From Giardia intestinalis (lineage: Eukaryota): DNA of 64,000 bases. The notes beneath the pieces are model-generated. The model worked only from the letters and a program-made list of their open reading frames with translations, had not been told where the DNA came from and searched no databases. Numbering within the stretch: the first letter of the stretch is position 1; each line of letters opens with the position of its first letter. The translations under genes and the position numbers were made by a program. The DNA is taken from the NCBI GenBank assembly GCA_000002435.2, contig CM018792.1, one strand, 5' to 3'. Positions 30,790 through 39,966 of this stretch are shown piece after piece.

Positions 30790-33165
30790 CTAATTATTTT
30801 GAGACCAGCTCTTTGCAATCTTACGTAGCTCATCTATAGACGAAAGGACCCCCGGCTTCAGCCCAGCCAGGCGTTGCGTGAAGCGAGAGGGAGTATAAAA
30901 ATCGTCCGAAATCAACACGCAATCGAAGTCTCCAAGCGCAGGAGTCCAATAGGCTGAGTTGAACGGACTGGGCTCTGGGATTGCCGAGTCGCCCGTTGCG
31001 CGGTAGGCAGCGCTGACGTCCCCTGGCGTAACGCCACCAATCATATAGATGTAGACCTTCTCTCTGCTGCGATAGGAGCTTATCTCATGCTTTTCTAAAT
31101 AGGTCTGGAGCTCTTTGCCCTCTGGAGACTCTGGATAGTACTTTGCCGCCGCGTTGGACACATTGGAAACAAGCACGTCGCGCTTAACAGGCGCCCCACG
31201 TCGCCTACGCTCTACCATGGCCAGACTCTGGTTCTCTGCCACAGGGAAGAGACTCTCGGCTGTCTGTGACAGAGGGCTATCGTTGAACGAGCGGAAGATA
31301 CACTCGAGGGCGGGGAGGTATCGGGACTCCTCGATTGCTTTGCTTAGAACACCCTTATGAACTGGACTCTTCTTCATCGCTTGCCACAAGTGAATAAAGT
31401 CATACGTAACAAAGGTCTGCAGGAACCCAGTCCACAATGCCCGAAAGTCAGCATCCTCATCCAGCCGCCAGAGCCGCGAAACGTTATAGTTAAGGTTGAT
31501 CAAATCGCGGAGAGGCCTCCCGTAAATAGATTCAGAGAGGCCCCTATCTGTTTGACCAGACTTCTCCAGTATTAGAACAGTGTACATGTAGAGACGAAGG
31601 GCAACTGTGGAGTCCGTGCTCGGGGATGACAGTGTCTGAAGGATCTCTGTAATAGAGACTTTCTCTGGGCCAACTGCTATAGAATCCAGGTCAGAGATGC
31701 GGTCTCCGTTGATCAGAATGTCAAGCAGGGTAGACTCTGCTGCTAGAAGGAGCGGGAGGTACCCCTTGGCCTCTATTTCATCTGCAAACTTCTTAATAAT
31801 AGTGAAGACACCATTCATTTGAGCGCTCAGCGTCATATATGGCACGTTGAAGATGGAAGAATCCACCAGGCTATATGACGGGATCTTCATCACTCGACCT
31901 GCGTGGCGCCCGTAGTTGACGGGTATTTCTTTGGGCTTAGTCATCATGGTAACTGAGTCTCTATCCAAAGGGTCAAAGCTCCGGAACACCTTGATAATAT
32001 CCTTCTGCCACACAAGAAAGTTGGCCATGCTCATGAACCTGAAGCCGTTCCAAACGTCCGATGATTCAGAGAGATCTATCTCAATCAAATTCGCAGCCTT
32101 TTTCTGAGACTTTGCAATCTTAGCGTCGTTTGGGCTGCACGGCTGGCCAGTTGCGGCATCTGCTAAGTATAAGTCATCATTGATATCTAACATGTCAGGC
32201 AGGAAGGAGCCGACGAGTGTGTGGTGAGCAACAAGGGAAATAGGGTCAAACGCCCTGTCTACTATGATTATTGTGCTGTTAACACACGGATAGCTATTGT
32301 TATACGGTGCAACTGGGGTAAGTTGCAGCTTCTTGTTTAGGGCCTCGGCGATCTCCTTGCAAAGCGAAAAGTGCGACTCTCGTGCAACTCCTTTATAGTA
32401 GCGTACCTCTGGTGGACCCATTTCTAGGGAATTAAATAAAGACCACAGCTTTTCGACTGTAGTGGAGATGTATTGCTTCTTAATAGCCTGATACGTATCT
32501 GCATTAAACTTGTGCATGCCATAAGCTATCAGAAATGCTTCTGGCTGGTTGAGATTGATAAACCTGTTCCACCTAACGGTGAAGTCGACATTGAAGCTCA
32601 TGACACCTGCCTTAGAGAGCAAGTCTACGAGCCCAGACGACTTCACAAAGTTCTCTGCATCGGCTGAAAGCGGACCAGGTGTGAGTATGAACAGACCCTT
32701 GTACTTATACGGAAATTGGACCTTAGAGCCTGAGGGGCCACAGCATCCCTTCTTAGCCTGCTTTGCTTCCGCAACACTTGCGCTGAACGACGACACATGG
32801 GTGCTTCCATTGACGCCCCAGCCAAAGTCCCGCGCTACCATCTCCATCGCCTCTAGGGTCGTAGAGACCATATACACCCCAAACATGGCTGGCTGTGGAG
32901 TGCGGGTCTTTTCCAAAGAATCCTTCAGAACAAGGCGATACTCCGTTAAGATCGAGGTAGTGAAAAGAGACCCGATAATAGGTAACGTATAGCTATCTAG
33001 GATCAAAATACCGTAGATGTTATTCTTCTTGAGGAAACTTGCAATCTTCTCAAAGTAATGTATGATCAGATAATCTCTCAAGAGAGGGCGGATCTGTTGT
33101 GGATATTGACAAAAGAAGCGAAAGATCGGATGTTCATTCGGGCCTGAGATCACCTCGGCACTCAT
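30790..33165 (-). CDS. Sec1/Munc18 (SM) family vesicle-fusion regulator (about 791 aa from the first ATG)
   Basis: The N-terminal SM signature is YGILILDSYTLPIIGSLFTTSILTEYRLVLKDSLEKTRTPQPAMFGVYMVSTTLEAMEMVARDF. This matches the family pattern vLvlD..t..ils.....L...gv.lve.l...R.p.p...AvYfi.Pt.eni..l..Df. The C-terminal signature is KVYIYMIGGVTPGDVSAAYRA, matching the vFviGGvTysEi pattern. The track start at 33333 is not an ATG. The first ATG is MSAEVISGP at 33165-33163, which also avoids a 150-bp overlap with ADAT2. Confidence 0.7.
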   Translation of the reverse strand: MSAEVISGPNEHPIFRFFCQYPQQIRPLLRDYLIIHYFEKIASFLKKNNIYGILILDSYTLPIIGSLFTTSILTEYRLVLKDSLEKTRTPQPAMFGVYMVSTTLEAMEMVARDFGWGVNGSTHVSSFSASVAEAKQAKKGCCGPSGSKVQFPYKYKGLFILTPGPLSADAENFVKSSGLVDLLSKAGVMSFNVDFTVRWNRFINLNQPEAFLIAYGMHKFNADTYQAIKKQYISTTVEKLWSLFNSLEMGPPEVRYYKGVARESHFSLCKEIAEALNKKLQLTPVAPYNNSYPCVNSTIIIVDRAFDPISLVAHHTLVGSFLPDMLDINDDLYLADAATGQPCSPNDAKIAKSQKKAANLIEIDLSESSDVWNGFRFMSMANFLVWQKDIIKVFRSFDPLDRDSVTMMTKPKEIPVNYGRHAGRVMKIPSYSLVDSSIFNVPYMTLSAQMNGVFTIIKKFADEIEAKGYLPLLLAAESTLLDILINGDRISDLDSIAVGPEKVSITEILQTLSSPSTDSTVALRLYMYTVLILEKSGQTDRGLSESIYGRPLRDLINLNYNVSRLWRLDEDADFRALWTGFLQTFVTYDFIHLWQAMKKSPVHKGVLSKAIEESRYLPALECIFRSFNDSPLSQTAESLFPVAENQSLAMVERRRRGAPVKRDVLVSNVSNAAAKYYPESPEGKELQTYLEKHEISSYRSREKVYIYMIGGVTPGDVSAAYRATGDSAIPEPSPFNSAYWTPALGDFDCVLISDDFYTPSRFTQRLAGLKPGVLSSIDELRKIAKSWSQNN

Positions 33166-33181
33166 TTTTTGTTTTGACGAA
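33166..33181. promoter_or_regulatory. A 16-bp AT-rich bidirectional inter-ATG spacer (ttttttgttttgacga) between the divergent SM-family and ADAT2 genes
   Basis: The two start codons are only 16 bp apart on opposite strands. The spacer is a T-rich run, which fits the very short AT-rich initiator promoters of diplomonads. Confidence 0.4.
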
Positions 33182-33691
33182 ATGGAAGAGTGTTTTAAGG
33201 AAGCGAGCCTTGCACTCGCAGAGCGTGAGGTTCCCGTCGGATGCGCCATCGTTGACAGTGCTGGCCGCATACTTGCTACAGGGAGAAACGCAACTAACAA
33301 GACGCGTAACTCCACGCACCATGCAGAGATCATGGCATTGGCTCAGTTACCATCTGGCACAGATCTTTCTGACTGTGTGCTCTATGTAACCATCGAACCC
33401 TGCATTATGTGTGCTGCTGCCCTCTCAATTGTGGGCCTAACAAACATTATTTACTTCGCCCGCAACAGCAAGTTCGGTGGCTGTGGCTCGGTACTAGATG
33501 TAAATAACCACACAGCACGTCCGTGGACAAAGCTGAATGCCAAGTATGTACCTGACGAGCGTGCAATCCACTTGCTGCAGGAGTTCTTTGAAAGGAAGAA
33601 CCCTGTGACAGCAGCATCAGACCACGGCATAGATGAATTAGATTATTGTTTGGACAGGGAACCCCGATTGAAAAATCAAAGTACAATTTAG
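33182..33691 (+). CDS. ADAT2: tRNA-specific adenosine deaminase (Tad2/ADAT2, CDA fold)
   Basis: The sequence EVPVGCAIVD...GRN...HAEIMAL...LYVTIEPCIMCAAAL...YFARNSKFGGCGS carries the HAE and PCxxC zinc-binding signature. It matches the TadA/ADAT2 family end to end. Confidence 0.85.
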   Translation: MEECFKEASLALAEREVPVGCAIVDSAGRILATGRNATNKTRNSTHHAEIMALAQLPSGTDLSDCVLYVTIEPCIMCAAALSIVGLTNIIYFARNSKFGGCGSVLDVNNHTARPWTKLNAKYVPDERAIHLLQEFFERKNPVTAASDHGIDELDYCLDREPRLKNQSTI

Positions 33692-33797
33692 AACAATTGA
33701 AATAAAATTAAAATAAAATCTATCAGCAAGAAGTAAGCACCCGTTCACGAGTACTCGTTCAAATCTAACTATATCTAAACAGTGCTAACGCTCTAGC

Positions 33798-35621
33798 TTA
33801 TGCTAACTCATAGACACTATACTTTGCAGTCCAGGGAGCAGAGTTGGTTGGCGCGGACCGGGGGCGCGTCTGCTGTGACTTCAAGATACGCTCCCTGTAG
33901 GCACCTGGCTTCACCAGTCGGATACTGGCATAATCAATGAATCCACCGGACTTCTCGGCGAGACGGACCTGGCCATATAAGTCATTTGGGACGGCTTTCA
34001 GCCGCTCCTGGGTCATGCTGGAGGAACCCTTAAAGTCTATCCGTTTGTGTGGTCTTTGAGAGTGTGATATTACCGCAAGCGCCTTCGTGAATCCATCTTC
34101 TTCACCATGTAAAGGCTTTCTGTTGATCACGCTGGCTGCCTGTCGTATCACATCCAGTTTGTTCTGCCGAAACGTTTCGCGGATCTGTTGCGTTATAGCC
34201 TCTGTTTGGTGCTTCACCTTGAAGCTGGTATCTCTAAATGATTCCGCACTGTGCCGAGTCTCCTCCTTCTGTCGTGCCACCTTCTCCTTTATGGTACTAT
34301 CATGTGCATTCAAGATCATTCGCTTATAGCTATCCATCCTCTCAGCCCGTTCCTTTCTCCGCTGCTGAATCTCAGCTTCAAGGTCAGCCTTCAACTTAGC
34401 TACCTTAGCAACCCTATTGCAAGCACGTAGGCGCTCGCTCTTCCGCCGGGAGAACAAAGCGTCTTCTTCTGCTATCTTCTGCTTTTTTTGGAGGAGCTGA
34501 AACTCCCGTTCTTGTTCAAGATTTTTCATTCGCTTTCTCTGGGCTTCACAAGCGGCCAGGTGGGCATGCAGGATTGTCTCCTTTCGAGATTGAAGCATGT
34601 CATTTCTGCGTTGCTCAGCTAGTGCGTTCTTTTGCTTAAGCTCGGCACGCTGCTGCTCTATCTTCTGCAGATGAAGTTGGTCTGCTCGCATAGATGCAGA
34701 GATCAGCCGTGTGTTCAGCTTTTCTGATTGAAGCATCCGCTTAGTTTGCTCATTGTTCTGCAAGGTTTGCAAGCGATTGTCGATCTCTTGCTGTCTCGCA
34801 AGAAACCGGTCCAACTGTTGCATACGTTCCGCATCCTCTTTCCTCCGCTTAGCTTCAATAATTTGCTGCTGCTTTCTGTGCCTACTAGCCTGCAAGGCTG
34901 CTTCCTTACGCCGCCTGCTCGTTGCCTCCTTGAGATTTTGCTCTGTGCTTTTCATTTGTAGCTGGTACTTACGTAGCATATCTAATGAGTGCTCATCAGC
35001 AATCTTCTGGGCTTCATTGTATCGCTCCATTGCTACCTCTTGCTTCTGGAGGAGCCTCTCCATCTTCTTAGCTATCTCTTTTTGCTTAACCTGCTTATTC
35101 TGATCTACCAGGTTCGCACTTACTGACATGCTCTCGTTTATCTTGTCTTCGTTCAATACAGTTTGTACTATTTCTGCCATGCAACGCTTGCGCCGCGCAA
35201 CCTGCTTAGCTATTAACCGCTGCTCCATACCGTCCGGGGAATATCGCCGTTGAATGGCTTCTAGAGCATTACAAACCCTAGGATCCTTAGTTCTTGATCT
35301 GGGAAGAAGATTGGCAAGCCTTGGAAATGCAATAGACTCGGCTAGCGTAACGCCGTTATCGCAGATCTTTTGGAACTCGCTCAGGCAAGCTGCCAGAGCC
35401 ATAGCTCTATCCTTTTCATATGCTTCGAAGATGAGTTTGCGCTTTTCCGGATCACTCTCGTTTATAGAGTTTTCTTGGCAAAAATTTAGCTCTTGTGGTA
35501 GAACGCCAACGCGCTGGCACGCAAGAATGGAGCGTGGAGAGTCTAGTTCAATGTCATCGATCCGCGCCTTGGCATTTGGGATTATTTGCAAAGATGTTAC
35601 CCCCTTGTAATCCGCGGTCAT
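33798..35621 (-). CDS. Hypothetical coiled-coil protein, K/R/E/Q-rich (608 aa from the first ATG)
   Basis: The middle section is a long run of charged heptads (EAKRRKEDAERMQQLDRFLARQQEIDNRLQTL... and similar). The track start at 35681 is a TTG. The first ATG is MTADYKG at 35621-35619. Confidence 0.55.
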   Translation of the reverse strand: MTADYKGVTSLQIIPNAKARIDDIELDSPRSILACQRVGVLPQELNFCQENSINESDPEKRKLIFEAYEKDRAMALAACLSEFQKICDNGVTLAESIAFPRLANLLPRSRTKDPRVCNALEAIQRRYSPDGMEQRLIAKQVARRKRCMAEIVQTVLNEDKINESMSVSANLVDQNKQVKQKEIAKKMERLLQKQEVAMERYNEAQKIADEHSLDMLRKYQLQMKSTEQNLKEATSRRRKEAALQASRHRKQQQIIEAKRRKEDAERMQQLDRFLARQQEIDNRLQTLQNNEQTKRMLQSEKLNTRLISASMRADQLHLQKIEQQRAELKQKNALAEQRRNDMLQSRKETILHAHLAACEAQRKRMKNLEQEREFQLLQKKQKIAEEDALFSRRKSERLRACNRVAKVAKLKADLEAEIQQRRKERAERMDSYKRMILNAHDSTIKEKVARQKEETRHSAESFRDTSFKVKHQTEAITQQIRETFRQNKLDVIRQAASVINRKPLHGEEDGFTKALAVISHSQRPHKRIDFKGSSSMTQERLKAVPNDLYGQVRLAEKSGGFIDYASIRLVKPGAYRERILKSQQTRPRSAPTNSAPWTAKYSVYELA

Positions 35622-35697
35622 ATGAATTTTTTGAATTTCTTTTTCAATCGCCTGGTTTGCTTCGCTCTTGCACTCTTGCAACTACAGTTTCATCTCA

Positions 35698-36179
35698 TGT
35701 CTGATAGCTACAGTGATTATAGTGATAGCTACACAGAAGATGCAGGATCCAAATCTTCTAGCTTGTCTAAATCGTCTAAGCAGAAGCAAACTCCTGCGTT
35801 CACTTTTGCTGACATTCCCGCCGAAGTATCACTTTCCTTGGGGGAGTACTGTACCGTCATTCTAAGGCCTGGAAAGAAACAGTATGTCGTCGAGGTAGCA
35901 ACCAACTATCCTCGTGAAGCAGCCAATAAAGTGCAACTAACGTTCGGAGAGCACGGGTGCTCGGTGACCCAAGCTGCAAGCTCTATTCGATCTGCTATTT
36001 CTCAACCTATCCCAGTAGAACTTCCTTCTTCTGGTACAGATAGGCACGGTCATCCACAGGAACCCACCTCCCTATCGGCATCAACTCTCCCTACACCTGC
36101 CCAAGCGCAAGAAAATACTGTAGCTCCAGATGGCACACGTCCAAATCCGCGCGACTTCTACAGAAGGTTGAGAGACTGA
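35698..36179 (+). CDS. Hypothetical protein (MSDSYSDYSD...). An alternative start at 35622 would add the hydrophobic leader MNFLNFFFNRLVCFALALL.
   Basis: An ORF with an S-rich N-terminus. The upstream in-frame ATG at 35622 directly abuts the ATG of the divergent gene (CATATG), so the start is uncertain. Confidence 0.35.
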
Positions 36180-36235
36180 CGCAAGCATCAAACGAGATGG
36201 GCAGGCCACACTGCTTCACCACCATTTACTCCGGA

Positions 36236-36604
36236 TCAGTGTCCTAGCTCCGTAAGGAATATGTTTAGCTTGTCATCAAGTGCTGTCCCCTGCCGAGGAG
36301 CCTTGATGGCCACGGCGACGGCTTGCCTCGATATACCCACACTTCGACCTAGTTCTTGGCGCGAGGGCACGAATATGTATGCAATTCCCTTGTCCTCGCA
36401 GACCTCGGGAAGATGAAGGACCAGCTCGAGAGGAAGAGCATCTGCGGATAAGACAACGAGACGTGCCTTGCCCTTGTTCAGGGCCTTGGTGACCTCATTC
36501 ATTCCCCGTGAAATCGACCTACTGTTCTTGGCGAGATCCACAAGTTCGTAGATCCTCTTGGACTGGGCCTCTGAGGCCAAGGGAACAGCGCGTGCATCTG
36601 GCAT
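36236..36604 (-). CDS. SNU13: SNU13/NHP2-like protein (15.5K; L7Ae/L30e family of K-turn binding proteins)
   Basis: The protein is 122 aa. It contains ISRGMNEVTKALNKGKARLVVLSADALPLELVLHLPEVCEDKGIAYIFVPSRQELGRSVGISRQAVAVAI. The human SNU13 equivalent is [67 protein letters not shown]. Confidence 0.85.
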   Translation of the reverse strand: MPDARAVPLASEAQSKRIYELVDLAKNSRSISRGMNEVTKALNKGKARLVVLSADALPLELVLHLPEVCEDKGIAYIFVPSRQELGRSVGISRQAVAVAIKAPRQGTALDDKLNIFLTELGH

Positions 36605-36668
36605 CCTTGTTTCAATTGAGTTTTAATTTATTACATTTTCCACGTGGATATGGCAAGCACGTGGCTCA

Positions 36669-37184
36669 TTAGCCCCACTCCTCAGTGAACTCTGCTCCCT
36701 TGCTTTTGTACTGCCTTGTCTTAAGTTCCTCATATTGGGGAATCAGCCGGATTGGCTTGGGCCGTAGCGTTTCGTGTTCAACGTTGTGAGTGGGCGTTTG
36801 GGTGATTGCAATCCTTACGCTATGAATTGCAAGCGGTTGCTTTGTTCTTACATATTCTGGCTTCTGGGGCACCGGCCCAGGCCAGTGGTCACATGGATGC
36901 AGTCCTTTTTTGCGCAGCTCGTAAGGCCCTGTAAGCGCCTTATCACCATAACTCAGTAGGTACTTGTTTCCTGCAAGTAGCGTTGTAACTCCATTGCAAT
37001 CATGTATTTCCGCGGGGCTGTATTTCTGAGTCACTGGACGTGGAGGGTCATGGTAACCTTGGTGGACATTGCACGAAAGACCTCTGATGGGCGCTGGAGG
37101 TTGTAGTTGTATTGTGGGGGAGTAGAATAGCACCCGATCTCGTGCTGTGTACGGCTTCTTGCAGTGAATAGGAGGAAGAAACAT
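36669..37184 (-). CDS. Hypothetical protein (171 aa from the first ATG)
   Basis: The ORF track shows an ORF here. The track start is a TTG. The first ATG is MFLPPIHC at 37184. I found no recognisable domain. Confidence 0.4.
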   Translation of the reverse strand: MFLPPIHCKKPYTARDRVLFYSPTIQLQPPAPIRGLSCNVHQGYHDPPRPVTQKYSPAEIHDCNGVTTLLAGNKYLLSYGDKALTGPYELRKKGLHPCDHWPGPVPQKPEYVRTKQPLAIHSVRIAITQTPTHNVEHETLRPKPIRLIPQYEELKTRQYKSKGAEFTEEWG

Positions 37185-37340
37185 TTTTGCCTTTAGATGC
37201 TCCAACTACAGCGTGCTCGACAGCCGAGCCGGTCTGCAGCAAAAGCCATGAGAATATGGAGAAACCGACAAGATGCAATAATAATTCACGAATACTTCAA
37301 AAGGTCTGGCGCCCAGCAGACCCAAGAAGGGCGGAACTTT

Positions 37341-38108
37341 CTACACCAACTTAAGTCGCTCCAGAACCTCTTCCATAGAAACGTATTCTTGGCCTGTACT
37401 TATCTCCTGCTGATGCCTCACATCACGACGTAGCAGCTCCACCTCTCGCTTGAGTTCTAAATTCTCCTCCAGGGCCATTCGAAGCTCCTCCTCGATAGAC
37501 GTCTGCCTTTCTGTTAATTGATCAACCCTGTCGGTAAGATGATTGAGCTTTTGGAGCACGGCTTGAAGCACTGCAAGGTGACCGCAAGGATCGCTTGCCT
37601 GTTTATAAGGAGATCTTCTAGCCTTACTAGTGTCGCTAGTTATGTAATCCTCGCTATTGAGAACGGGAGATCTGGGTGCAGCAGAGGCCTTTCCGGTGTC
37701 TCTTAAGGTGAGAGACCCTTCTACGTCATCAATAAGATATTCCATCAAGTTTTGAGCTTTCTGAGGTGAGCTCTGCGATGCATGAAGCATCTGTGATACC
37801 TGTGTTCCACTGCCACCAGATGCACTGCTAGCCTTTCGGTCCTGTTTAGAAGCACTGGACGGACGCCTGGTCTCCGTTATATGCCTGTCTCCGAGCAGTG
37901 GCTGAGAAGTAAGAGGTCTTGGAGCCCGAGACTCCCTCCTGCGCCGAATTTCATCCTCTGTAAGTCTGTACTTGGAATGATCCTGTTGGAGGTCATTCCA
38001 CTCTGGTTTGACTGCAGATCTAGGCCTCCGCTGCAGAAGGCGCTCAGAAGAAGCAGCAGAGGGGGCGGAGGGAGCGGATCTACGCTGTCTGAGCTCAGTG
38101 GGGTTCAT
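37341..38108 (-). CDS. Hypothetical protein with an S/R-rich N-terminus and a C-terminal coiled coil
   Basis: The first ATG is MNPTELRQ at 38108-38106, with AT-rich aaaaattatc just upstream. This ATG lies inside the last codons of the upstream gene, giving a 14-nt overlap. Confidence 0.5.
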   Translation of the reverse strand: MNPTELRQRRSAPSAPSAASSERLLQRRPRSAVKPEWNDLQQDHSKYRLTEDEIRRRRESRAPRPLTSQPLLGDRHITETRRPSSASKQDRKASSASGGSGTQVSQMLHASQSSPQKAQNLMEYLIDDVEGSLTLRDTGKASAAPRSPVLNSEDYITSDTSKARRSPYKQASDPCGHLAVLQAVLQKLNHLTDRVDQLTERQTSIEEELRMALEENLELKREVELLRRDVRHQQEISTGQEYVSMEEVLERLKLV

Positions 38109-39888
38109 GATAATTTTTGCTCTTGGGTAGGGTAGGACTAGGATTGTGCGTCTCAAAGAAAGTCTTTTGAATGAACAAGGAACGAGTCTGCTGGGCAGTT
38201 AGTGCCGGCATTGAAGACGCTTGCACATCTGGCTCCATCTTGTAGTTTTTGAAACTGGCAATTCGCGCTGGATTATTTTTCGAACGTAGTGAGGTAGTCC
38301 TGGCTTCAGCGTCAAAAGAGAGTATATTTCTACAGGGGTTCGTGCATTCATTAATTACTTTCCTTGCTGGATGAATTGGGGAATATGAACGAGACAGAGA
38401 CCTCATACTTTTGAAGCCGGCATCGTCCTTGAAGGATCGCGCGTTGAATGAGTCACACGTAGACGGACGGAAGCTCCCAGATGCGCTACGCTGATACCCA
38501 CCGGAGTGAGAGGAGGCTTTGGGATTTCTATGGCTATATGTTTCTTCCGTCAAAAGCCCTGCAGTCGAGAGTTTTCTCTCTTGCGATAGTGACGGTGACG
38601 ACGAGGTGATTCTCCTGACGCTTTTATCCGCAGCGTCATGCGGTCCTCGAGGCGTGACCGAGCGTATGCTACGAGAAGTGGAGAAGGGTGGCGAGGGCGA
38701 TACAACAAGATCTAATGTTTTCATAAGAGACTGACTCTGTTTTCGTGATCCAGATTTGATGGATTTTGTGGGGGTATCGAAGGTGCATGATTGACGCATT
38801 CGTGAGATGGCACTAGCAATAGACCGTCTGTGGCTGTCTGTTGATGACACTAGTCCGGATCCATTAATAACATGTTGCTTAAGCTCTCTTATCTGCGGAG
38901 AGAAGGTGCACTGTTCCAATTCTTGCCTCATTTTATCGTTCAGATGCTCTGTGTGAAGCTTCTGGATTCGCGTATGCCTAGCCATACCTTGGTCGTATAG
39001 CCTAAGAGCAGCAGCATCTTCCATCCGTCTGCGAGCATCTAGAGTGTTAACATTACTAGGCTGAATCCCAGCGACATCAGCATTGGTCTGCTTTGCCTTT
39101 TCCCTTTCTTCTTGCTTGGAAGGGCGTCTGTTAATTGATGGACTAAATGTCAGATCAGCTGCCCTCTCTAGTTCCGCCTTCTGCCTTGTCTCTTCTCTGA
39201 CTTTGTTTCTATGCTCTGTCCATGCATTGACTCGCTTGTAAACATCATCGGAGCTGAGAGATAGCTTATTCCAGTAGGATCCAGATAGAGTCTTTGCGTT
39301 ATCATTAATCTCAGGCATGAATGAGGGCGCTGCTTTCTCTGCCTGAGTGTGCGTTTGGTTTAAAGAGTGGGCCACATAATTAAATCTAAGTTGAATTGTC
39401 TTCTGTGCGAGGGTGAGAAGATTGGGGAGAGTATATCGGTTAATAAGGGTCGGGATATCAAAAGAGCCCTCTTGCATGGAGGGCAGTCGTGTCGCCAGGT
39501 AGAGGGCTGATAGGTAGTAAATTAGGATTGATCGCTGAATGACACCTGTCTCGTCTTGCAGTTGCGGTATGACCTTAAACAGCAGCATCTCCATGTTCTT
39601 GCTGTTCGAAGTTGCCACGTAGCCTTCTCTAACAAAAAGATTGAGCGCATTTTCGACATTCAAGGTTTGGACGTCGGGGCCCACCTCTTTGTCGATAGCA
39701 GAGGAAGCTTCGTTAACAACCATGTTCATGGAATCAATGAACTGCCTATGTGGAGAGTCTTTATGAAACGCGGATTGTTGGACTTGATCTGCGGCGTGCT
39801 GGTGCTTCTGATTTTTTGGAGTGGTTGTTAAAGCTGAGCTTGTAAGAGACGGAGTCGTAGCTCCTTGAGATTTATCCGCATGACTCAT
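38095..39888 (-). CDS. Hypothetical Ser-rich protein (597 aa from the first ATG)
   Basis: The track start at 40035 is a TTG. The first ATG is MSHADKSQG at 39888. This leaves a 78-bp divergent spacer with tatttttaaacc before RAD52. The stop codon is at 38095-38097. Confidence 0.5.
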   Translation of the reverse strand: MSHADKSQGATTPSLTSSALTTTPKNQKHQHAADQVQQSAFHKDSPHRQFIDSMNMVVNEASSAIDKEVGPDVQTLNVENALNLFVREGYVATSNSKNMEMLLFKVIPQLQDETGVIQRSILIYYLSALYLATRLPSMQEGSFDIPTLINRYTLPNLLTLAQKTIQLRFNYVAHSLNQTHTQAEKAAPSFMPEINDNAKTLSGSYWNKLSLSSDDVYKRVNAWTEHRNKVREETRQKAELERAADLTFSPSINRRPSKQEEREKAKQTNADVAGIQPSNVNTLDARRRMEDAAALRLYDQGMARHTRIQKLHTEHLNDKMRQELEQCTFSPQIRELKQHVINGSGLVSSTDSHRRSIASAISRMRQSCTFDTPTKSIKSGSRKQSQSLMKTLDLVVSPSPPFSTSRSIRSVTPRGPHDAADKSVRRITSSSPSLSQERKLSTAGLLTEETYSHRNPKASSHSGGYQRSASGSFRPSTCDSFNARSFKDDAGFKSMRSLSRSYSPIHPARKVINECTNPCRNILSFDAEARTTSLRSKNNPARIASFKNYKMEPDVQASSMPALTAQQTRSLFIQKTFFETHNPSPTLPKSKNYHEPH

Positions 39889-39966
39889 GCTGTCAAGGTT
39901 CTGCTTTGAGGTATTTTTAAACCTGAAGACATATTCTGTTGTACGTAGCTGGAAACCAAGGACTCT

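Noticed and set aside
29942-30839. Plus-strand ORFs of 79-137 aa antisense to the transposase-like gene
   Set aside because: These are Arg/Ser-rich shadow ORFs. The minus-strand frame carries the conserved HTH and DDE motifs.
31154-33389. Plus-strand ORFs antisense to the SM-family gene (for example 32549-32992 at 147 aa and 33099-33389)
   Set aside because: These are shadow ORFs. 33099-33389 also overlaps the real ADAT2 gene in another frame.
34087-35610. Plus-strand ORFs of 77-118 aa antisense to the coiled-coil gene (34753-35103 and others)
   Set aside because: The Cys/Leu/Ser-rich translations are produced by reading a K/E/R/Q-rich coding strand backwards.
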